Assembly (NCBI RefSeq): GCF_006345805.1
Contig: NW_021826216.1
Coordinates: 1-32,216 of the forward strand
Direction: 5' to 3'
Length of the DNA: 32,216 nucleotides
DNA from: Octopus sinensis
Lineage: Eukaryota
The position numbers were made by a program, and so were the translations under genes. Positions 22,868 to 32,216 of the stretch are shown piece after piece. How positions within the stretch are numbered: position 1 is the first letter of the stretch; each line of letters opens with the position of its first letter. A model generated the notes under the pieces. The model did not search any database. It saw only the letters and a list, made by a program, of their open reading frames with translations, and had not been told where the DNA came from.

Positions 22868-24415
22868 CTAGAGAATTCGTATAAATACCGGATCTGGTAC
22901 ATCTCCCCCGAAATCCTTCTCAAAAAGGAAATTGCATTCCAGAAGATTCCAAAAAGAAGTTTTGGTACAACTTTGGAAGGCAACATCGAAGCAATAACCA
23001 TATTTCGGCTCTAAAACAACTCGTAACCACACTAGTCAACTTTTGGCATTTTTATTAATTTTTTTGATCGCTTCCTTGCTCAACAATGTCATCCTCTTGA
23101 CAGAATCTTTGATAAAGCTACAATTTCTATTCCAGTTATAAAAATCAAAAAAACTTGGTTGTATTTTTTTCTAAATGTTTGGCTGAGATGGTCTTGGGGT
23201 CCCAAAAACTCAAAATGTCGTAAAAGTTCCTCGCATTCAACAAGAGGAACATTCCATGAACGGTTGATAGCAAAAGGAGTAACATCAATCGAATGTTTTA
23301 CAAGTTCCCCAAGCTAAACTGATAATAACAAACTACAATGTAATTCCTAATCATTTGGAGCATTTCCAGACTCGAACCTGGAGCACTAGTTTGATAGTCA
23401 GTCGCATACACAAACTCACTAGAATGTACAACAACGACCACCTGCGGAGAACGAGATTGTCCCCGATTATGTGCGAACAGTAAAAAAGACGTCTCAAAAC
23501 ATCCTCCCGTTCACAGTCCAAATATTACAAAAATACTCAATCGAAGTAATTTTATTCATTTCCCTCAAATAGCACATCGCGATGACATCCCAACTCCCAT
23601 TTGACTCAATCGAGAGGCCTTAAGTAACAATAAACAAAAACTACAAATATTCCTTTATGTGTGAGAGCACTAGACCTTTGATATAGTCCATTTGAATACC
23701 CTTTGTCAGTACAGTCCCTTCTTCAGTCTTTTATTGGGAAGGCCAAAGAGAGAGTGATTCCTGAGTACTGAAATGTACAGGTAACCTCCCCAAAGACACA
23801 GTCACGCCAATTCTCAGCAGCAGTACACTCATCTTGCCACTTCTTTGAACGCAAACGCCTCTGCCGTTGAAACCTCGTTTCTTTCCTAACTCGACAAACC
23901 TGTTCGCCTTTTACCGAATCTTCTATAAACTCCGCGGAAATAAAACCGTCATAAACGGTGAAACTTGGTCTTAATTTGATGTGGTCCTCCAGTGGCTTCA
24001 AATGCATTTCTTTGTCCGTAATCTTCCCAACAAGGAGAGTGTGGTTCGCCTTCTTCCCAGGGACTTACAACAACGTCAGTTTATTGGCCTGTACTAATCT
24101 GAGAGTAGTAAAATAACAAAAACTTGATCTCCGATTCTTTTAAGGGTCGACATCGTCTTCGGGGCTTCTTTTTCCGTTTTTTTTGGAAGTGGGGGTTTCG
24201 GATTAGTCGAGGATTGTTCTTTATTTACTTGAACTTCAACCTACGACTACAACAAGAGAATTACTAGTCGGTTTTCAGGTTTGATTCGAATGCTGTTGAT
24301 GTCCTGCATGCCATACGAACAGTTCCTTGTGGTCAGGGGGTACTACAATCAGATTTAGGAGTACTTCAAAGATGAACAGACTCTCCCTAACAGAGGAGAC
24401 CTCTGTGTCGAGTTG
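22868..24415 (-). CDS. POLR3E: RNA polymerase III subunit RPC5 (Sin-like); start not found; apparent homopolymer frameshifts
   Basis: LFIFE|YP..SIRIKPENRL|VEV, EMHLKPL..IKLRPSF, QRQRRLRS..AENW, DVLR..IIGDNLVLRS|EFVY, MIRNYI match RPC5 blocks. Introns 24343-24364, 24241-24264, 23419-23441, 23314-23336. Confidence 0.85.
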
Positions 24416-24419
24416 GGGG

Positions 24420-25310
24420 TTATTATTTTTAAAATACAGTTAATGTTTCATCATATTTTAGGTTGAGTACAATTATAAATTAACGTCTTTAGTTACTAAT
24501 AACTAACTAATCTATATAATTCTCCTCCTTTTTGGACCGTTGCACTGGATCTGCGTATTCTCCTCCTCTAACACTTCATATGACACATGAGACACATCTT
24601 CCGGCAAATCTGGTAGATCTGTTATTTCTCTAGCCAATTTTAGGAGGTGGTTGGTGGCCCTTGAAACTTGTTCCTCATGTTTTTCAATTTCCACTCCATG
24701 TTTATGTTCAACAAACATGGCCTCCAATGTCTTTTTAATTGTAAGCGATTGTATATACGATCTTGTGGAAGCATCCAACTTCAGTCTTTCCATATAAGAC
24801 TTATAGAATTTAGAAACTATCCCGTCCCATGTGAGGACAATGGGGATTATCGTTACCTTCGCACCGTGGATTTGAGATAATTCTCCAGCAAGAAGATCAT
24901 ATTTATGCAGTTTTTCTACTTCCACTTGCTTTAACATGGCGTGGGAAGTAATTCCGACTTCAATTAGAGTGATTTCGTTTTATCAAGAACAAAGATATCT
25001 GGTCTATTGTTTTTTACATGAACATCTGTCTGCAAGGTGGTGTCCACTCTTATCTCCACTTTATGATTTGAGCTAACTGACTGGACTGTGTGTGACTTTA
25101 ACCTTTTGGTTTTCCTGATTCCATATTGGCGGCAGAGATGCAAATGGATGCATCTTATAACTTCATTATGTCTTCTGATATAATCACTGTTCAGCATTCT
25201 GCTACATCTTGTAGCCATGTGATCAACAGATTTTTTAGCTTGATTACAATGATTACACATTCCTCCGTTATCGTTGAAAAATATATTTCGATCCTGAATA
25301 ATACAATACT
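24420..25310 (-). mobile_element. NeSL/R2-like REL non-LTR retrotransposon, 5'-truncated (zinc finger plus REL)
   Basis: QDRNIFF..CNHC..SVDHMATRC..RRHNEV, NNRPDIFVLDK, EVG, EKLHKYDLLA, LTWDG. 3' UTR ends in an A/TAA-rich tail at ~24420. Confidence 0.9.
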
Positions 25311-25957
25311 AATTATTAATTAGAACTTATAATTTATTTAAAAAATATGTTTATTTCTAGAAAGCAACGAAGGATAACTTAGCTAACCTATGATTTTCCG
25401 TCAGTGCAAAATAATAAAAAACGAACGGTGTTAATTTTAGCGAGTGTCCGCAAGTTTCTTCTAATAAAAGTAGCTTTCCATACCAAATTTTTTAATTCGA
25501 GATAATTCTATTTATTTGATTGGCATTTCGTTTGATATTATTTCTTAAAAGCTTCTTTTCTTACAGCAAAGCAGTGATTTGATTATTCGTCGTATGTTTT
25601 TGTCATTTTAATGTGTTTTTATATTAAAAAATCACATACTTGTTGTTTCATAATCTCTTTCATTGCCTAAATAAACAAATAATTTGACAATACAATTGAC
25701 CAGAACAACAACAAGTAATGATTAATTTCTAATTAATTCATCTGTTCTCAGTCGATTCTCCTCCTCTTCGATGGGAACACTTATTTATTTCAAGACTGTT
25801 GCCATTCCAAACTTATGTTCTGCTTGCATACTTTTCAATGTTTTCCGGATAACCACAGAGTGAATGTAAGTTCGTGTGGGTTCTTTTAGACCGATTGAGT
25901 CGCAGTGATGTTAATAGAATTTACACACAACACTGTCCCATGTTAGTACTAATAGGA

Positions 25958-28528
25958 AATGGAAATTTTTATTGTTGAAAGGAAAGAGACTGATACAGAA
26001 AATTATTTTTTTGGCGTCGATACAACAAGACGACTGCTTGAGCCAGTCGAACTCTTCTAAAAGACGTCTATTGCTGTCCGGGGCAAGCTGGGCGGTTACT
26101 GGTCCCGATCGATAAAGAGGTCGGTCACTTGAGATCTTCTCCGGAAAGACCGGATAGATTTCTCAATGCCATGTCGGACTTGGGCTCCGCCCAGCTTGGG
26201 ACGGGGCTTCGCGGGTCAAGCCTGTAAGCTAGCTTTAACGCGTAGCGTCGGATTTTTTCGCATTTCCTGTTAATTTTCTCGAGATCTTTTGAGTAGTACC
26301 ATGCTTCCATCCCGTACAGCAAGCTGGGTAGAATGGTTGCGTAAAACACAAAGAAGAAAGTCCTTGGATCCAGATGCATGCTTCTTAAGAGGCGGAGAGC
26401 TGCGATGGGTTTTACTTTCTTTTTTTTGATGTGCAGACAGTAACCCAAGTTAGCGTCAATCGTAAGCCCCAGGTAGTGTATGCAGCTAGCTGGATTTAGC
26501 TTAAGATATCTTTAACAAATCAAACAGAAAAGTCCCGTTACTTTTCTCCATAATCTTTCGCGCTTGAAGTGGTCCTTCGTTCGCGGTCAGCACATGGCAG
26601 TGCTCCGTACGATGTTAGATAGTGAAGCATAAAATTGCTTAACTCATTGCTTGCGGAGTCGATGTCGAGGGCCGAGTTATAGCCAGCAGGGCGAGCGTTG
26701 TCGTGCAGGAATGCACTCATGGAGCTCCTGTAGTGTGGCCAGTTGATCCTTGAGAGACTGTAGTGTGTGGATATGCGTTCTTATTTAACAGTACTAGTGT
26801 GAATTTTGATCTCCATTGGAAAGTGGTCACTTCCGACATCGTCAAGCACTGTAGGCTTTTCTATAAAGTTAGCAACAGAGTGAGAATAAATGCACAGGCA
26901 TAGGTTGTCCCCGCCGAAGGGTGAGAGGTGCTTCGGGTCTTCAGATGTTCTTACAAAAACACCAAGTTTGTCAGTGATTTTTTTCAGTGTTCGACCATCC
27001 TGGTTGGTTAACCGAGATCCAAACGCCGTGTGCTTTGAGTTTAGGTCTCCGATAAGAAGGCAGTGAGCTGTACTTGAGAAGAATTTGTCAATCAAACTGG
27101 TGCAGTGAGGAATATATTTGCAATATATTCAACCGACCTTTAGCCAGAAGGATTCGGTTTTCACCTCAAGAGTACGGACCTACCCTCGAATTCACATAAC
27201 CTACCCTCGATAATAGTGAGGTTACGGACTTAGAGTTTTTCGCAATAAAAGATACTCGAACCAGTCCCTGGCGTGAACCAGGTGCCCTATTTTAGGTCCA
27301 GTGATCGATATCCGGGGAGTTCATGCGACTGGTTTTCCCTGAGCTTAGACTCGTTGACGACAATAATGTCCGGATGGCCGCTGTTTACCATCTCAACGAA
27401 GTCGTGATGCCGTCTCTTAATAGATCGAGCATTCACAGCGACGATTTTCAAGGGGACTATGTTGCTAAATTGTTTCCTTCTAGCAGGAGCTCTTGCAGCA
27501 TTTCCATATCCACTCCGAGTTTAGTCAGGGCTCCTAGACAACGGCGAAAAAATTCCATTAAGGCATCTCTGTTGTGTAGGTCCGAGTGAGCACCTCGTTG
27601 TGGCAGGGCTTTGTCACGGAGGGCTTCTGCCTTCTTACGGAGGACAGCCAAGCGGTCAACTTTGCGTTATGGTGCTCAACAGTGTTTGACTTTGTGTTGT
27701 TGTGGGGACCGGGGTCCGGCGACGTCTGAATGCAGACATTAACCTTGGCCGGCACAGAGCCAGCAACAAACTTTCTCAGTGCATTTATGAGACGTGTGCC
27801 CAAATTGGCTGCACCTGAAGCATTTCACGGCCGGAGGCTTGTGCCATTCATAGCTGATATGGCTGAAGCCAGCTGTGATTCCAAAGCGGATGAGGGCGTT
27901 GGCCTCAGCCCTGGAGTTCAGTGTGAGCTTCCGATCGGAATGTCAGTTCCATTGCGAGAGTATCTTTCGAACTTGAAGTCCGATTCAAGAGTTTCTCGCA
28001 AATGGAGGTTAAGGTCTTGTGTTGAGATCCGATGGGGAATTCCCTTGAGAATCAGGACTGAGGCCTTCTCAGCTACAGAGGCGAGTTTATGGTCGCCTTC
28101 GCCAAACATTTTGGTTTTAGATAACTCTGCCTTGAATGCGGCTGCATTCTCGGCGCACCGATATTGGAGTCGGAAAGATCCGGACTTTTGTAGAGTAATC
28201 CGAGCTTTCGACGCATTGGGGGATTTTGAATGAAGATTGAATCTTTTGATTTTCCTCAGTGTTGGGTTTTTGATGCTGACCATATAGCAGAGGCTTAAGC
28301 TGTCACGTTAAGTTACCAGCTGATTGGATTCGGAAGATTTTTGCGTCTTACCGGATTTTTGAGGCTTCATAGTTCTCAGAGATTCCATAGGATCTACAAG
28401 TTCCGTGGGTTCATAGAAAAGTTGTGGTTTGACAGCTGATTGTTTTTGTGCTTTCGCACGAGCTTTAACCGTTAAAAAATTTTTCTTAACCATGTTAGAA
28501 TGTTATTTCAGATTTTGTCTGAAATTTT
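25958..28528 (-). mobile_element. Jockey/I-like non-LTR retrotransposon, both ends present, RT core deleted
   Basis: 12-bp TSD gtactaatagga (25946-25957, 28529-28540). ORF1 with CCHC knuckle, APE motifs, post-RT segment ILPSLLYGMEAW (26125-26448), and AATAAA near the 3' end. Confidence 0.92.
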
Positions 28529-28545
28529 GTACTAATAGGACTATA

Positions 28546-28845
28546 CAGTCAATCTTTTATTTATTGCCACTAACGAGACCGACCAAAATGATGGTAAAAA
28601 GGGAGGTGTTAAAAAAGGAGGTTTGTTATTTTTTGTTTTCAACGAGTTTATTAGTCAATATAAAGAAAATAAGTTTTTATTGAGAGAACATTTTTAGGAA
28701 AAATAGTTAGATAATCTAATAATGTTTTTTTCCGTTTAATGTTTTTTATGTTGTCGATAATTTTCAATGCAACAGAATTTCAATTTTTTTGATAAAAATA
28801 GAATGTGAAAAATCATAGATGGGGTAAATTAGAGAGGTTTGACTG
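28546..28845. mobile_element. pogo/Tigger-like MITE, copy 2
   Basis: Duplicate of 1824-2123. Confidence 0.65.
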
Positions 28846-29101
28846 TATCTGTGAAATCACAAATAAATTATAACCATTGACTCTCGTTTTGCTAAAATTT
28901 ATACATTTTAAAGAAATATTAAATTTTTAGCTACGCTGATTATTATTTGATTCTTGTTTTAAGTCTAAAAAATCTATTTATCAAAAACTGTATTAACACG
29001 GCATTAAACAATTGGGCAAAGATAAATGAAAAAATAATCGAAGAATCTGACGAAAAGGTATTCAATTTGATTTGATTCATTCTCGAAATTTGGTTGGACG
29101 C

Positions 29102-29822
29102 ACAATTTTTGTCCAAATCAGCTATGGAAGTGTCCAATGCAATAAAATAATATTGATGTTTGGAAAAGATTTAATTCTTCACACGGACAATGGGGAGAAA
29201 TTTGTCAATGACAAGATTGCCTGATTATGTGAGGAGTACATAATGAAACCTCTGAGGGGTCATGCAAAATGCCTTTAGGTGCAGGGGCAAATAGAAAAAC
29301 TACACCAATCCTTGAAATATATTTTGTCTCCTCCACTTGTTTGTCCGATAACCTCAATTATAAATGGATTTCAATAATAAACAGGATAACCAGTTCCTAT
29401 AACTCAGCGTCGTATGCACCGTTCAGAATTATGTTTGACGAAAATGCCAATCAGTCGATGAATATGTATTATACGAAAGAAGAAATTGATCAATTATTCA
29501 CGGAATTGGATCGATTCAAACTGAATAAAAAATGATTTTGACATGGTTTTTTACCAAAAGAACAAGTATAAAGGCTGTCCACTGCTCAGATGTGGCTGAA
29601 CAAAAAATCTTTTAAAAAGGATTTGAAAGAATGATATCTCTGTGTTAAAAATTGAGGACGGGGTTCTCCGAAGAGGTAGACTGACACAAATAAAAAAATT
29701 CGGAAGCTTTCTTTAAATGAAAAAATAGATTACCAGGGTATATTATGTACAAAAATTCTCACCTACTGGTATGGTAATAATAAAGTCTAAAGATAGCACT
29801 TGTTTGTTTTGTTCTAAATAAA
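29102..29822 (+). pseudogene. Decayed rve integrase remnant, copy 2
   Basis: Duplicate of 2380-3100. Confidence 0.7.
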
Positions 29823-30737
29823 TTTTTCTTAATGTCTTGGCTTTTTGATCTCTAATTATTGAATATGTTAGGAATGTTTAGAAATATTTACATTAAAAAA
29901 TTTCAAGTGTTTTTGATTTGGGATGTTCCAGTTTTTAAGCTAAGAGGCAAGGGTTTTTGGAAAAGCAAGCTTAGTGCTTTATTTGAAAAATGTCTCAATA
30001 CATATCTTTGAACTTTGTGCAGAGTGACACGAAAAATACATCGGTGGCAACTCAGGACTGACTTTATGTGTTGCATCAATCGTGCCATATTGTGCGTAAG
30101 GCTCCAGAGAAAATAAACGAGACTTTTCTCTATTTGTACTCAACACAGACAACGCAAGAAGAAATCACGCAGAAGCTCAGGCCATAGAGTAAGTGGAGGG
30201 CAAACATTTCCGCAAAGATAGCTGGAAGAAAAACCGAGCTGCAAGCGCTGACTAGGCACATTAATGATGTGAGCAATGGAGTCAAGATTTGGGTCAAGTG
30301 AGTACTGTACCTTGTCGAGCACGAGCTGCCAGATGGGATTTTAATGAGTTGAGTCGTGTCTGGGCAGAGGGGAAGCTGATTTTCGTTTATTGAAAGAAGT
30401 TCTCAAATAATTGCAGACTGTTCTATCGCCTACTGCACGGAGATACTTTCTTGAAATTTAATTGGAGGTCTACCAGATTTTCCATTTCCTTCACTGTGAG
30501 CGCCCAAGAGGAGTTATAGAGTAGGACTGGTTTTACGAACATATTACAAAGTTTGATTTTTAAAGACGCAGAAATGCTCCTGAAGAGCTCCAAAAACTTA
30601 TTGCTTACATTAAACAACATATGGTTGAGAGGCAAACAACTCAGGACTTAGTTAGGGAATTAATTAGTTTTTTTATTAATAAAAAATATTTTTAGAATAG
30701 CCGCTTATATTGATTATACAAAGTATTAACAATTCAA

Positions 30738-31903
<1,166 letters not shown>

Positions 31904-32216
31904 TATTAACTATTAAATACTACTAATTCATTGAAGGATAACAACAAGCTAAAAATAAAGTTAACCAAATGACGTTTTCTTTTTCTGTATTTTGATTAAG
32001 ACTCAATAATCTTTTCATTGTTCATTATTTTGTCTCCCAGGGTTATCGGTGAGTGTAGCCGGAGTATTTTATGTTTAATGACTTCACATATTTTCTGAAG
32101 TTTGATGTCACAAGACCATTTATGTAAAAACAATTGGAGCTACCTTGACACTCGCATGGAATATCATCTCTAATTCCTTTGCCAAGAGATCATATTTTAT
32201 TAGCTTTTCTAATTCC

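Noticed and set aside
23720-23745. Apparent in-frame TAA in POLR3E (PSQ*KTEE)
   Set aside because: Equally explained by another splice choice plus a 1-nt deletion in the A run. The local exon structure is unresolved.
24280-24420. Plus-strand frame LIRMLLMSCMPYEQ...NQI*EYFKDE that looked like a gene with an in-frame TAG
   Set aside because: It is the antisense of POLR3E exons, so it is not evidence for recoding.

Overview
AT-rich eukaryotic (very probably animal) nuclear DNA dominated by decayed and nested transposable elements, with a few host genes split by ultra-short (22-27 nt) spliceosomal introns. Host features: an animal-type L-lactate dehydrogenase gene in two copies (8 exons; six introns at positions I recall for vertebrate LDH), a compact RBBP6/Mpe1-like DWNN+RING gene, a POLR3E/RPC5 gene, a WD40-repeat gene broken by a Ginger-like transposon, and a U6 snRNA gene. 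Tiny introns at ancestral positions resemble dicyemid mesozoans (inference only). Mobile elements resolved by TIRs and TSDs: Merlin, pogo/Tigger, hAT (Buster/SPIN-like), Ginger-like, Helitron, and four kinds of non-LTR retrotransposon (APE/Jockey-I-like, RTE-like, CRE-like, NeSL/R2-like REL). Bases 1-5491 recur at 26651-32216, with a LINE that looks chimeric at the edge. Most intriguing: single in-frame stop codons inside otherwise well-conserved host reading frames (TAG at LDH codon 205 in both copies; TGA at a conserved Arg of the RBBP6 RING region). Frequent 1-nt homopolymer deletions suggest an error-prone long-read assembly, so recoding or editing versus pseudogenisation versus error cannot be settled from this window.
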